A DNA stretch of 64,000 nucleotides from an archaeon (GTDB lineage: Archaea > Iainarchaeota > Iainarchaeia > Iainarchaeales > Iainarchaeaceae): assembly GCA_035289625.1 (NCBI GenBank), contig DATDWP010000028.1, forward strand, positions 9,840 through 73,839, written 5' to 3'. The translations under genes and the position numbers were made by a program. Positions within the stretch are counted from its first letter, which is position 1. Every line of letters begins with the position of its first letter. Positions 38,630 through 48,965 of this stretch are shown piece by piece. The notes under the pieces were generated by a model. That model was not told where the DNA came from, did not search any database, and saw only the letters and a list, made by a program, of their open reading frames with translations.

Positions 38630-39247
38630 GTGAAAATAATCGACCTCACAATGCCGCTTGATAATGCAACCCCCGTATATCCGGGCGACCCGCTGCCTCA
38701 AATAAATCAAATAGCAACCATCGAAGAACAAGGATGGAATGAATTGAGCCTCAAATTTAATTCACACTGCGGAACCCATATTGATGCCCCATATCACATG
38801 CTAGCGGATGGGAAAAAACTTGACGAATTTCCGATTGATAGTTTTATTGGCAGCGCAATTGTAGTTGATGGACGCAAAAGAAATGAGAAGAATGAAATAG
38901 TTGCTGGCCTAAAACAAATTAAAGCGATAGATTTTGTATTCTTCTGCACAGGGCATGTAAAAAACCGCTACTCACAAAAATATTTTGAAAATAACCCGGT
39001 GATTTCAACAAAAACCGCCCAAGAACTAATTGAGAAAAAAATCAAAATAGCGGGAATTGATTCCTACACGCCCGATAATGAACCTTTTGAAACGCACAAA
39101 TTACTCTTTAAACACCAAATAAGGATTGTTGAAAACCTGGTTAATTTAGAGCAACTAATTGGCAAAAAATTTGAATGCACAATCCTTCCCCTAAATATCA
39201 AAAATGCCGACGGAGCCCCTTGCAGGGTAATTGCAATCCTCAAGTAA
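38630..39247 (+). CDS. putative cyclase / kynurenine formamidase-like hydrolase
   Basis: HCGTHIDAPYH metal-binding motif of the PF04199 cyclase family; GTG start abutting alaX stop. Confidence 0.75.
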   Translation: MKIIDLTMPLDNATPVYPGDPLPQINQIATIEEQGWNELSLKFNSHCGTHIDAPYHMLADGKKLDEFPIDSFIGSAIVVDGRKRNEKNEIVAGLKQIKAIDFVFFCTGHVKNRYSQKYFENNPVISTKTAQELIEKKIKIAGIDSYTPDNEPFETHKLLFKHQIRIVENLVNLEQLIGKKFECTILPLNIKNADGAPCRVIAILK

Positions 39248-39282
39248 TCAGATTTAAATTCCACCGCAGCCTAATTGTTTGC

Positions 39283-39633
39283 ATGCAATTAAAGCAAGCA
39301 CTTGTGATAAGAACTGACCTTGAGATGGGAAAGGGCAAAATCGCAGCCCAATGCGCGCATGCCGCAATTGAAGCTTATGAAAAAACCCTCACGCAAAATA
39401 GGACGTGGGCAGAAAAGTGGAGAGAAGAAGGAATGGCAAAAATAGTGCTAAAAGTGAATTCAAAAAAAGAGCTACTAGAATTATTTGAAAGGGCAAAAAG
39501 GCAAATCCCAACAGCCCTAATAAAAGATGCAGGAAAAACACAAATAGAAGCAGGGGAGCCAACATGTGTAGGGATTGGGCCGGCAGCTGAAAATGAAATT
39601 GACAAATTTACAAAAGACCTAAAACTTTTATAA
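39283..39633 (+). CDS. pth2: peptidyl-tRNA hydrolase Pth2
   Basis: MQLKQALVIRTDLEMGKGKIAAQCAHAA typical archaeal Pth2 start (internal Met of ORF 39175..39633). Confidence 0.85.
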   Translation: MQLKQALVIRTDLEMGKGKIAAQCAHAAIEAYEKTLTQNRTWAEKWREEGMAKIVLKVNSKKELLELFERAKRQIPTALIKDAGKTQIEAGEPTCVGIGPAAENEIDKFTKDLKLL

Positions 39634-39637
39634 AATT

Positions 39638-39874
39638 TTGATTATGAAAATTTCCCCAAAGCACGCAATAGGCATTTGCACAGCGCTGCTTGCAATATTT
39701 ACAAGCATCACACTGCTCTCATACCTCAATAATTTCCACGGGTTTTTCCTAAAAGAAGACCTTCTGAACTCGGCCAGCCCAGCCGGGATTTTTGTAGTGT
39801 TTGGGCTTTTATTATTTGCCGGCGTGTACTTTTTCAACGCAGCCGGAAAAATAATTAAAGAAACAATAAAATGA
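39638..39874 (+). CDS. small membrane protein, hypothetical
   Basis: Two TM helices. Confidence 0.3.
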   Translation: MIMKISPKHAIGICTALLAIFTSITLLSYLNNFHGFFLKEDLLNSASPAGIFVVFGLLLFAGVYFFNAAGKIIKETIK

Positions 39875-39875
39875 A

Positions 39876-40697
39876 GTGGTAAAAATGGGATATTGGGACC
39901 TTGTAAAAAAAATAATAAGCGAAGCTGATATTGTTGCAGAAATAATTGATGCACGCTTTGCAGCACAGAGCAGAAACATTGACATGGAACAAATGGTAGA
40001 ACGAGCGGGTAAAAAACTTTTAATAGTAATAAACAAATCAGACATGATCTCAAAGCGAGAAGCGCAGCGGCAAAAAGAGCAGATCCCAAAAAGTTGCGTA
40101 TTTGTGTCCGCAAAATATAGGAAAGGAGTTGCAAGACTACGCGTTGAACTAGCAAAACTCTCGGCTGGAAATCAAGTTAAAATTGCAATCGTTGGATACC
40201 CAAACACCGGCAAGAGCAGCGTAATAAACATGCTAAAGGGACGAAAAGCAGCGCGCACCTCAAGCATTGCCGGCTTTACAAGAGGAAAACAATTTGTAAA
40301 AATTGCCTCTAACATGATGCTAATTGATTCTCCCGGAATAATACCTGTTGATGAAAAAGATGAAACACTAATGGTTCTACTTAGCGCAAAAAATGTTCAC
40401 CACTTAAAAGATTTGGAAGGAGCAGGAATTGATGTTGCGCAGTTTTTGATTAAAAATAGCCCCGATAAACTTAGAGCAACATACCAAATAGAAGCTAGGG
40501 ACGGGGAAGAGTTTTTAGAAAAACTTGCACTTAAAAGAAATAAGCTACTTAGCGGGGCGCGTGCTGATCTAAACGCTGCTGCGCGCATCCTAATAGATGA
40601 TTTTCAGCAGGGAAAAATAACCCTAAAAAAGCCCCAAAAGCAAAAAATAGAACAAAAAATGCAAAAAGAGCATAAAAAAGAAAATATTAGCCACTAA
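39876..40697 (+). CDS. circularly permuted ribosome-biogenesis GTPase (YlqF/RbgA/Nog2-like)
   Basis: G4 (VINKSDM) precedes G1 (GYPNTGKSSVINML) and G3 (DSPG). Confidence 0.75.
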   Translation: MVKMGYWDLVKKIISEADIVAEIIDARFAAQSRNIDMEQMVERAGKKLLIVINKSDMISKREAQRQKEQIPKSCVFVSAKYRKGVARLRVELAKLSAGNQVKIAIVGYPNTGKSSVINMLKGRKAARTSSIAGFTRGKQFVKIASNMMLIDSPGIIPVDEKDETLMVLLSAKNVHHLKDLEGAGIDVAQFLIKNSPDKLRATYQIEARDGEEFLEKLALKRNKLLSGARADLNAAARILIDDFQQGKITLKKPQKQKIEQKMQKEHKKENISH

Positions 40698-40820
40698 GGC
40701 ATAAAAAGCGCTAAAATAAGCTCCTAAAGGCCCCTAGAAGCAGAAAACTAAAAACATAATCTATTTTAATCCAAACAACTAAATTATAACGAGCTATAAA
40801 TAGCCAAAAAGCTGGTCTTA

Positions 40821-41549
40821 ATGCCAATAACCAAGAACCAAAGCAATCCGAGTATTATCGAAACCATCGATAAAATGGTAAAGGACGGGGAGAGCGAAGA
40901 AAAAATATTAAATACCCTAAAAGATATTGGCATTAGCCCAGATAATGCGCGAAGACTTCTAATTTTAGGCCAAGCTGATGTGTTCTCACTAATAAAGGGG
41001 GAAATCCGCAAAAACATACACCAAGAACTAGAAAAAGAGGAAACCGAACTTCGAAAAGTCACCCACGATGAAGCGCTTTCTGCAATGGAAGAAGTAAAAC
41101 AACAAATGTCGCGCAACGTACTAAACGAAATAAAAGAATATGAAAAAACACTTGCAACCCAAAACAAATCATTCCAAGACCAACTTGCACAAAAAATGCA
41201 AAAAATAGGCGACTCCCCAGGCGGGAGCATTAAAGGTTCAGACCAACTAAGCGCTCGCATACAGAGCATGAGCGAAACTGAAGAAAAATTACAACAGCGC
41301 CTCAACCAAATGGGGGACTCCGTAAAAAGAATGCAAAGTGACATGGGCGATATTGGAGTAAAGGGCGGCGGCGGAAGAAACCGCATGATAGGGTATGCCG
41401 TGATTTTACTCGGACTGATTTTTGGCGCGGGAACTTTGTACATATTCTACACAGGGTTAGGGCAACCATTCACCACCTACTCACTTGTTGTGATGGTAGT
41501 GATGGCAATAATTACAGTAACACTACTTGTTGTTGGAACTCTAATCTAG
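40821..41549 (+). CDS. coiled-coil protein with C-terminal TM anchor, hypothetical
   Basis: Heptad-rich body, two C-terminal hydrophobic helices. Confidence 0.35.
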   Translation: MPITKNQSNPSIIETIDKMVKDGESEEKILNTLKDIGISPDNARRLLILGQADVFSLIKGEIRKNIHQELEKEETELRKVTHDEALSAMEEVKQQMSRNVLNEIKEYEKTLATQNKSFQDQLAQKMQKIGDSPGGSIKGSDQLSARIQSMSETEEKLQQRLNQMGDSVKRMQSDMGDIGVKGGGGRNRMIGYAVILLGLIFGAGTLYIFYTGLGQPFTTYSLVVMVVMAIITVTLLVVGTLI

Positions 41550-41558
41550 AGGGACAAA

Positions 41559-41894
41559 ATGCCGCCAAATAAACTCTACCATGTAAATAAAGTTCTTGGG
41601 GAACAAAGAGAATTTGAAAACCGCAATTCTTCAGGCAGGTTTCTTGGAATTGACGATACAATGACAAAATATAGATATACCGGTCGACAACGAAGAGCCA
41701 GGATACCATTTCGCTCGCCTATATTTGACTTCCTTCATCATCGACTTAGTAAAGCAAAAATTGGCACACAAGCAATTTATACGAGGAGGCGACCAAAAGG
41801 TATCGAAGAATTTACATACGAAAAAATGGAACTAAGAAATGGATCTGTTATTTACAAACAAATTAGCAGGGTAATGAAACCCGAAACAAAATAA
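41559..41894 (+). CDS. hypothetical basic protein
   Basis: ORF only. Confidence 0.3.
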   Translation: MPPNKLYHVNKVLGEQREFENRNSSGRFLGIDDTMTKYRYTGRQRRARIPFRSPIFDFLHHRLSKAKIGTQAIYTRRRPKGIEEFTYEKMELRNGSVIYKQISRVMKPETK

Positions 41895-42073
41895 TTACCT
41901 ATTCTCAATCGACCCATCTATCTTTGAATATTCACGCAAAGATTTGAGAGCGGTTTCAAGATAGATTTTGCGCCTAATGCTCTTTTCCTTATCATAGAGC
42001 TTTTCAACTTCCTTTACAACAAGCTCAAATTCAATCATCAAATAATTAAGCAATGGACGCTTTTTAAACCAAA

Positions 42074-42517
42074 TTACTCAAGCCCAAATCCGCTTTTTGC
42101 AACCTGCTCGCCCTGCACCGGCAAGGTACTTTGGCTGCCAACAAGAACATCAAGAACAACACCGCAGCGCTTTGCATCTTCAAAAGAAATAGAGTAGTGC
42201 TTTGCCTTTCTAAAATCCTGTGGCTTTAAAAAAAACCAACCCTTATTTGGGTACTTCCAGGCAACAAAAACCTCAGCGCCTGCAATTTCATTCCACTTCA
42301 AAAGTTCGTGCATCTGATCCTGCGCAATTGTTAGGTAATTACTTCTCCAAGCCTTTGCCTCAATTACCATAGACCTACCCTTGCCCATTGCAATAAGATC
42401 CGGCATTGGAAGGGAATTTTTCCCAGAACCAGCTGTTCTTGCAACCGCAAACCCTCGCTCCCAAAAAAGCTTGATCAATTCCCTCTCAGCATTCGCCCCT
42501 TTGTTATACCTAGTCAT
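42074..42517 (-). CDS. hjc: Holliday junction resolvase Hjc
   Basis: KGANAERELIKLFWERGFAVARTAGSG...PDLIA...VIEAK matches the archaeal Hjc core. Confidence 0.85.
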   Translation of the reverse strand: MTRYNKGANAERELIKLFWERGFAVARTAGSGKNSLPMPDLIAMGKGRSMVIEAKAWRSNYLTIAQDQMHELLKWNEIAGAEVFVAWKYPNKGWFFLKPQDFRKAKHYSISFEDAKRCGVVLDVLVGSQSTLPVQGEQVAKSGFGLE

Positions 42518-42793
42518 GCACTAATAATGCTGCTGCACTTTAAATAACACGCCATGTAAAATTTCAAAACCCAAGCACTTGACTCAAAAGAGCAAAATCA
42601 AAAAAGTCCATTTTAGGCCCATTTAAGGGGTTTTAGGACAACTTGAGGCCTGCAGGGACGTTAAATGTCGATTTGGGGACCCATACTCACCCCTTAATAA
42701 TCATTTCCAGCAGCAAATATACTAATGCTCAATTGATGAGCAAAATTGGCATTTAACAAGAATTTAGGTTAATGCATTGAGAATTAGTGATTT

Positions 42794-43081
42794 ATGGTTA
42801 AAAACACGAGCGACGCAATGCTTGATTTGGAAGTGATTCCAAATTCTACGCAGTTTTGCATCCTTGGATACAATCCATGGACATGCGCGCTAAGAGTTAG
42901 AGTGAATGCAAGCCCCAAAAAAGGGCTTGCGAACACAGAACTTGCAAAAGAACTTGAAAAGTTTTTTGGCAGAAGTGTAAAAATAATTCACGGGATAAAA
43001 TCCCGAAAAAAGAAAATCCTAATAGAAGGAATTTCAAAACCACAAATCAACCAAATTCTCATCAGGCATCTCAAAACCTAA
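42794..43081 (+). CDS. DUF167/YggU-family protein
   Basis: L.V.V.P.S and LRVRVNASPKKGLANTELAKELEKFFG...V.IIHG pattern of DUF167. Confidence 0.65.
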   Translation: MVKNTSDAMLDLEVIPNSTQFCILGYNPWTCALRVRVNASPKKGLANTELAKELEKFFGRSVKIIHGIKSRKKKILIEGISKPQINQILIRHLKT

Positions 43082-43097
43082 TTCTGTAAAAAAGGAG

Positions 43098-44459
43098 ATG
43101 GTAAAAGTGGCAAAGACATACATGAACACAGTAAAATATGTCGTGAAAATTAGATTTGAAATAGACGGGATTGTTGATAAGCCTGACATTGTGGGCGCAA
43201 TATTTGGCCAGAGCGAAGGACTTTTAGGGGATGAAATGGACCTAAAAGAACTCCAAAAAAACGGAAAGCTCGGAAGAATAGAAATCACCCACGCAACATC
43301 AATGGGAAGAACAAAAGGAGACATACTAGTCCCATCCTCAATGGATATGGCAGAAACAAGCCTACTTGCAGCAGGAATTGAGAGTGTTGATAAAGTCGGC
43401 CCGTGCGCTGCAAAACTTGAAATTTTAGATATTGAAGACACGCGCACAGATAAGAGAAAGGAAATAAAAGACAGGGCAAAAGACCTACTAAAAAAACTCA
43501 TGGAAAAAAGTTCGCCCGAAACGCAAACACTTAGCGAAGAAATCCGCGAGAACGCGCGCGCAGCAGATATTGAAGAATACGGGCCAGACAAACTGCCGGC
43601 AGGCCCTGACATTGAAATTAGCAATGAAATAATAGTTGTGGAAGGAAGAGCGGATGTACTCAATCTTTTGCGCAACCAAATAAAAAACGTAATCGGAATG
43701 AACGGCTCAAACATTTCCTCAACAATAATTGAACTTAGCAAAAGAAAAGAAATCACTGCTTTTGTTGATGGAGATAGGGGCGGAGAATTAAACGCGCGAA
43801 AACTCTCACAACTAGCACGCGTCCAATACATCGCAAAAGCGCCTGACGGAAAAGAAGTTGAAGAACTCACACGAAAAGAAATTATACAATCCCTCAAAAA
43901 AAGAGCGAAGGCAACTGAAGAAATCCCAATTCCCCCACGAAGGGAATTTAGCCCACAGCCACGCTTTGAAGGCGGCGGATTTAGGCCACGAGAAGATGGC
44001 CCTAGAAACAGATTCCACGATAGACCGCAAAGGGGCCCACCAAGAAGATTTGATGAACGAAGGCCAATGCAGCCCCGAAGGCCTTGGAGAGATGAATCAA
44101 ACCCAATGTTTGAAAGAACCGCATTCTCAGCGCAAGGGGAAGCAAGCGCCCCAGTAGCGCAAAAGGGCGCAATGCTAAGCGCAGAAGAGCAGGCAATCTA
44201 CAAACCAATACTCGAGCAATTAAAAGGCTCAATGAAAGCAAAAATTCTTGATGAAAATAACCAGCAGGTAAAAGAAGTCAAGGTAAAAGACATCGTGCTC
44301 GAAATAGCAAAAGCAAAAAAAGCACACGCAATTGTCTTTGACGGAGTAATAACAAAAAGGCTCCTCGAAGCTGCTGAAAAAGCGGGCGCAAAATACGTAA
44401 TAGGCGCGCGCAAAGGAAAAATAGAAGGAAAGGAAAATATCAAAGCAGCAGCGCTCTAA
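43098..44459 (+). CDS. dnaG: archaeal DnaG primase (Toprim)
   Basis: N-terminal KYVVKIRFEIDGIVDKPDIVGAIFGQSEGLLG archaeal DnaG signature; Toprim IVVEGRADVLNLL; Arg/Pro-rich linker. Confidence 0.85.
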   Translation: MVKVAKTYMNTVKYVVKIRFEIDGIVDKPDIVGAIFGQSEGLLGDEMDLKELQKNGKLGRIEITHATSMGRTKGDILVPSSMDMAETSLLAAGIESVDKVGPCAAKLEILDIEDTRTDKRKEIKDRAKDLLKKLMEKSSPETQTLSEEIRENARAADIEEYGPDKLPAGPDIEISNEIIVVEGRADVLNLLRNQIKNVIGMNGSNISSTIIELSKRKEITAFVDGDRGGELNARKLSQLARVQYIAKAPDGKEVEELTRKEIIQSLKKRAKATEEIPIPPRREFSPQPRFEGGGFRPREDGPRNRFHDRPQRGPPRRFDERRPMQPRRPWRDESNPMFERTAFSAQGEASAPVAQKGAMLSAEEQAIYKPILEQLKGSMKAKILDENNQQVKEVKVKDIVLEIAKAKKAHAIVFDGVITKRLLEAAEKAGAKYVIGARKGKIEGKENIKAAAL

Positions 44460-44550
44460 AAAAGCGTGCTGCTAAATTACTTTTTTTAAAATAATTCAAA
44501 AACTAAGTTCAAAAAATTGGATTTAATTATTTTTAAATTAGAATTAAAAT

Positions 44551-45024
44551 TTACTTCTTTCTCTTGTAAGAAAACTTTCTCTCAGAAGATGGTGGCATTT
44601 CCCTTACAATGCTTCTCTCAAATGGAATTGCAAAATAACCTGTCCTATAGAGGAAATACCCAATGAATAGAACTGCTAGCCAGAGCAATATACTTGCAAT
44701 CGGCGTTAGAAGACCGCTCCAGAATTGGCGCGCGGTTAATTTTGGCGTTTCCGGTCGCACTACAATTCCTGTTGCCTTGTAGAGCGTATCTGCACAATCA
44801 TTAAAACTTGCCTTCTGATCGGCAATTGCTTGATCGGCATCAATCCCCTGGATGCAGGTACCGTAATATTTCATATTGTCCCAAGAATCAAACATCTTAG
44901 CCGACCCTTGCACAAACATCAAAAATGCTGCAAAAAGAATAAATGAACCAATAAGGCGAGGCAGGTGAACTTCCCTTCCAGCAACCCTAAAATATAGAAC
45001 CTTTTTCATAAAAATGCCTTGCAA
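44551..45024 (-). CDS. membrane protein, hypothetical
   Basis: Two TM segments. Confidence 0.35.
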   Translation of the reverse strand: MQGIFMKKVLYFRVAGREVHLPRLIGSFILFAAFLMFVQGSAKMFDSWDNMKYYGTCIQGIDADQAIADQKASFNDCADTLYKATGIVVRPETPKLTARQFWSGLLTPIASILLWLAVLFIGYFLYRTGYFAIPFERSIVREMPPSSERKFSYKRKK

Positions 45025-45260
45025 CTAATATATTCATTTAGTATATAAATATTGCGCGGGCAAAAACGGCATTTCCAGAGGCATTGCGGGCAATTAGGGG
45101 CGTTATTAGCCACATTTTTAACCTTATACAAAGCTAAATTTTAACAAAACGTTATTTTTCTTTTTCGCCAACGTTTTTCTTTTTCTTTAGAAAAAGAAAA
45201 CCTTGCAAACCTAGGGTTTGCGAGGCATCGCAAAACCCAGAAGGGTTTTGCAATGAGATT

Positions 45261-45333
45261 GGGCCGGTGGTCTAGCGGTTATGACGCATCGTTTACATCG
45301 ATGAAGTCGCAGGTTCGATTCCTGCCCGGCCCA
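45261..45333 (+). tRNA. tRNA-Val(TAC)
   Basis: GGGCCGGTGGTCTAGCGGTTATGACGCATCGTTTACATCGATGAAGTCGCAGGTTCGATTCCTGCCCGGCCCA; anticodon stem CATCG/CGATG, loop TTTACAT; T-arm GCAGG/TTCGATT/CCTGC. Confidence 0.85.
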
Positions 45334-45468
45334 TTTTCATTATAGATTGAAAATATATCCACTAAATACTTGATGCACAGCCAACCTAACCAAAGCTAAT
45401 ATATTAAAAGCAAATTCTATTGGAAGTTAAGTATATACGCAGCAAAGTTGCTGCAGGAGAGGTTTGGA

Positions 45469-46020
45469 ATGGCAATTGAACTAATTATAGGCGCAGTTGT
45501 AGTAATCGGTGGGCTGTGGTTTTTACTCTCATACAACGGATTTGTGCAGCTAAAAAATAGAATTGATAATGCGTGGTCACAAATTGATGTGCAACTCAAA
45601 AGAAGATTTGACCTTGTCCCAAACCTAATTGAAACAGTAAAAGGTTATGCAAAGCACGAAAAAGAAACCCTCAAAATGGTTACCGAAGCAAGATCTGCCA
45701 TAACAAAAGCGGGGAACCTAAAACAAAAAGCGGATGCCGAAAACATGCTAACCGGCGCTCTAAAGAGCCTCTTTGCAGTCTCTGAGAGTTATCCGACATT
45801 AATGGCAAACCAGAACTTTCTAATGCTCCAAGAAGAGCTTGCAGGGATCGAATCAAAAATAGCATTCGCAAGGCAATTTTACAACGACAGTGTACTCACA
45901 TACAACACAAAAACCGAGAGCTTCCCTGACAGTGCCGTTGCTGGAATTTTCAACTTCAAAAAACGCGAATATTTTGAAATAGAAGAAGGCGCAAGAGAAC
46001 CTGTAAAAGTGCAGTTCTAA
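45469..46020 (+). CDS. lemA: LemA-family protein
   Basis: N-terminal TM helix then NRIDNAWSQIDVQLKRRFDLVPNLIETVKGYAKHE LemA pattern. Confidence 0.8.
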   Translation: MAIELIIGAVVVIGGLWFLLSYNGFVQLKNRIDNAWSQIDVQLKRRFDLVPNLIETVKGYAKHEKETLKMVTEARSAITKAGNLKQKADAENMLTGALKSLFAVSESYPTLMANQNFLMLQEELAGIESKIAFARQFYNDSVLTYNTKTESFPDSAVAGIFNFKKREYFEIEEGAREPVKVQF

Positions 46021-46046
46021 ATTCCCTACACTGAGGCGGTTTTGGA

Positions 46047-46925
46047 ATGTATGAACAGATAGAGCAAAACAACAGAAACACTATCTTTCTCTTTGCCGCC
46101 TTTTCACTTTTAATAATCTCGCTCTCCTGGGTTTTGGGAGAGTACATATTCGGAATAGGTTCAGCCGGGCTTGTAATCGGCGCAATATTTCTTATAGTAT
46201 ACTCTCTAATTAATTATTTTTTTGCAGACAAAATCGTTCTTGCCGTTAGCGGGGCGCGCGAAGTAAAAAAAGAAGAATACCCATACCTATTCAATATAAT
46301 CGAAGGCCTCTCGATTGCAGCTGGAATTCCAAAACCGCGCGCATATGTAATTGATGATACTGCCCTTAATGCATTTGCAACAGGAAGAGACCCGCAACAT
46401 GCAATGATTGTTGTCACAACTGGAATGCTGCAAAAATTAAATAGGCAAGAACTAGAAGGAGTAATTGCACATGAAATGTCTCACATACAAAATTATGATA
46501 TCCGCGTGATGACAATTACTACTGTATTTGTAGGCCTTAGCGTTCTACTTAGCGATCTTATTTTGCGCAGCGTTCTTTGGGGGAATAACAGAAGAGATGA
46601 CAAAGCCGGCCTTATACTAATTGTAATAGGGCTCGCACTAGCTATCCTCACGCCAATAATTGCAACAGTAATAAAACTTGCAATCTCGCGCCAACGCGAA
46701 TACCTAGCAGATGCTTCAAGCGCTCTTCTTACAAGAAACCCGGATGGGCTTGCAAGCGCACTTGAAAAAATCTCAGGCGATAGAGAAATACTTGAAGCCG
46801 CAAACAAGGCAACAGCACACCTCTATATTGATAACCCACTAAAAAACCGCAAAGAATTTTTTGATTCACTCTTTTCAACTCACCCGCCAATACAAGATAG
46901 GATTGCAAGGCTTCGCAAAATGTGA
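46047..46925 (+). CDS. htpX: HtpX-like M48 zinc metalloprotease
   Basis: HEMSHIQNYD (HExxH) and TM helices; classical LemA-HtpX pairing. Confidence 0.85.
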   Translation: MYEQIEQNNRNTIFLFAAFSLLIISLSWVLGEYIFGIGSAGLVIGAIFLIVYSLINYFFADKIVLAVSGAREVKKEEYPYLFNIIEGLSIAAGIPKPRAYVIDDTALNAFATGRDPQHAMIVVTTGMLQKLNRQELEGVIAHEMSHIQNYDIRVMTITTVFVGLSVLLSDLILRSVLWGNNRRDDKAGLILIVIGLALAILTPIIATVIKLAISRQREYLADASSALLTRNPDGLASALEKISGDREILEAANKATAHLYIDNPLKNRKEFFDSLFSTHPPIQDRIARLRKM

Positions 46926-47084
46926 AAGTTTACAAATTGAGCCATTTGCCCAAAAAACCCCAAAACAATGCCCTGCCCTGTGACGACTCATCTCAAAAGG
47001 GCCCCAGGCCATTTGGTTTATTGGAAAATACTTTTTAAATAGGCCTGCAAATTGCAAATAAATAATAACCCAGTAAACAATTAA

Positions 47085-48824
47085 TTGCTCATGAAAAAAA
47101 TCCTATTACTACTTCTACTAATCCCGCTCTGCAGCGCCCTTGAATTCAACCCAAGCACTGTTGATTCAATGGATGTTACAATAACTACAACTGCTAGCGG
47201 GAGTTTTAGCGGAAATATCACATCAAGAGATGAAATGAAGGTGATGTTTCTTACTATACAAAAATCCGATACGCAAGAAATACTCTCTCTAGAAGAGTAT
47301 ATGCAAATCGGAAACACTAGGCTGCGCGCCTTCAAAGAGGAAAAAAATGGCCTTACTTATGCAACATATACAATAAATGACCTATTAGAGTTTGCTAATG
47401 AAAATGAATTTATAATTGTCAGAAAAGCAAGAATAAAGACCCAGTCGCAAATAGGGCTTGGGCAAGATTACAATTTAGCCGAAGAGATAAAGGGATTTGA
47501 TAAATATATTAACCCTTCAGATTATATTGAATCAAATGACGCGGAGTTAAAGAGCAAAACCGCACTTGAATTTTCAACAGATTCACAAATAGAGGCAATA
47601 CGCAAAATTTCAGAGTGGGTCAATAACAATATTACATACGATTTTGAAAACTACTACAGCGCAATATACAGCGCAAAGCACACCTACAATACCCGCGCCG
47701 GAGTATGTGATGAATTTGCAAACCTTACCGCAGCATTTATGAGAATAAAAGGAATACCGGCACGCTACGTTTCCGGGATTAGCTATGACGGAGAGAGGTT
47801 TGGGTCCCATGGGTGGCTTGAAGTGTTCTTGCCAACAACAGGCTGGATAGGGGTTGATTCAACTTATGGAGAAGCGGGGTTTGTTGACGGAGCACACTTT
47901 TCCATTGCAAAATCAAATGATGCAAATAGTTCAGCCGATCTTATAATTTCAACAAAAACAAGAGAGGAAATAAATGTAATCTCCAAAATACTCCCACCAG
48001 AAGTTGAAATACACTCCGTACACTTTTTTGAAAACCTACTTGATGCTAAAATAAAAAGCCCGGAGGAAACAGAACCTTTGCAAATATTTGAAGTTAGCGC
48101 TAGTATCAAAAATACCACCCAAAAGAGCGCAATATTTCCAATCGAACTTGTACTACATGATGATTTTTTGCAGCTTGATAAAAAAGAGCGGCTTGTGTAC
48201 TTGCAAGCAGGAGAAGAAAAAGAAATAATTTGGGAAATACGCGCTCCGCAAAAAGAGCTGCATAACTCCTACTACACATATGGAATGCTGCTCTTAATGC
48301 CGGATTCAAATCTGCAGAGCACGATAAATCTTGTTCCGAAAAATTCCTCACAAACACCAGGGGCATTTATTAGCGTTGAAGATGTAAGCCCTTTTATTGA
48401 AGGTGAGAAAATCGAAATACAAACAACCCTGCAAAATAGAGGATTGCGAGAAGGAGAAGCTACAATTGAACTCTCAACTGATGGCAACATCCTTGCATTT
48501 GAAAGAGTTAGCCTCAAAGCATTAGAGCAAAAAACCATTTCACTAAAAATTTCCGCAGTTCCTTTGCGAAAAATAATAGTGACAATTAATACACAAAATT
48601 CAGAAAACAAATTCGAACTCACTATCCCGCAAAAAGAAAGCTCGCAAATAGAGGTGCGGGAAATACGCCCTTTACAAGAGCAGTCGATCGAACAAGAACC
48701 ATCGACAAAAAATGAATCAAATTCAAGCAGCGATATAGTGCTGTTGGGAGGAATTGGAATTGGCCTGCTTGCACTAATTATTGCCGCAATTGCAATAGGA
48801 ATTATTATAACCGGCCGAAAATGA
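47085..48824 (+). CDS. secreted transglutaminase-like domain protein with C-terminal TM anchor
   Basis: Signal peptide; TRAGVCDEFANLTAAFMRIKGIPARYVSG...HGWLEVF (Cys-His-Asp transglutaminase core); C-terminal GGIGIGLLALIIAAIAIGIII helix. Confidence 0.7.
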   Translation: MLMKKILLLLLLIPLCSALEFNPSTVDSMDVTITTTASGSFSGNITSRDEMKVMFLTIQKSDTQEILSLEEYMQIGNTRLRAFKEEKNGLTYATYTINDLLEFANENEFIIVRKARIKTQSQIGLGQDYNLAEEIKGFDKYINPSDYIESNDAELKSKTALEFSTDSQIEAIRKISEWVNNNITYDFENYYSAIYSAKHTYNTRAGVCDEFANLTAAFMRIKGIPARYVSGISYDGERFGSHGWLEVFLPTTGWIGVDSTYGEAGFVDGAHFSIAKSNDANSSADLIISTKTREEINVISKILPPEVEIHSVHFFENLLDAKIKSPEETEPLQIFEVSASIKNTTQKSAIFPIELVLHDDFLQLDKKERLVYLQAGEEKEIIWEIRAPQKELHNSYYTYGMLLLMPDSNLQSTINLVPKNSSQTPGAFISVEDVSPFIEGEKIEIQTTLQNRGLREGEATIELSTDGNILAFERVSLKALEQKTISLKISAVPLRKIIVTINTQNSENKFELTIPQKESSQIEVREIRPLQEQSIEQEPSTKNESNSSSDIVLLGGIGIGLLALIIAAIAIGIIITGRK

Positions 48825-48864
48825 GGAATTTAAAAGCATTTGTAAGCGCAAATTCAATGTAAAC

Positions 48865-48963
48865 GCGGGCGTAGTATAGCCTGGTTAGTACTCGGCCTTG
48901 CCAAGAATTTTCCAAAAAATTTGCAACTAGGCCGTGGGTCGGGTTCAAATCCCGACGCCCGCA
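48865..48963 (+). tRNA. tRNA-Gly(GCC) with ~25-nt canonical intron
   Basis: GCGGGCG acceptor, D-arm GTAT/AGCCTGGTTA/GTAC, anticodon stem CGGCC with loop TTGCCA|intron|A and 3' strand GGCCG, T-arm TCGGG/TTCAAAT/CCCGA, acceptor CGCCCGC. Confidence 0.7.
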
Positions 48964-48965
48964 AT

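Noticed and set aside
40784-41443. 219-aa minus-strand ORF
   Set aside because: Antisense to the 40821..41549 coiled-coil gene; low complexity
42700-42790. Possible C/D-box sRNA (TTGATGAGC box-C-like)
   Set aside because: Box C is imperfect (UUGAUGAG) and no CUGA box D or guide pairing could be found
43034-43897. 287-aa minus-strand ORF
   Set aside because: Entirely antisense to dnaG; Ser/Phe-rich low complexity typical of antisense frames of A-rich genes
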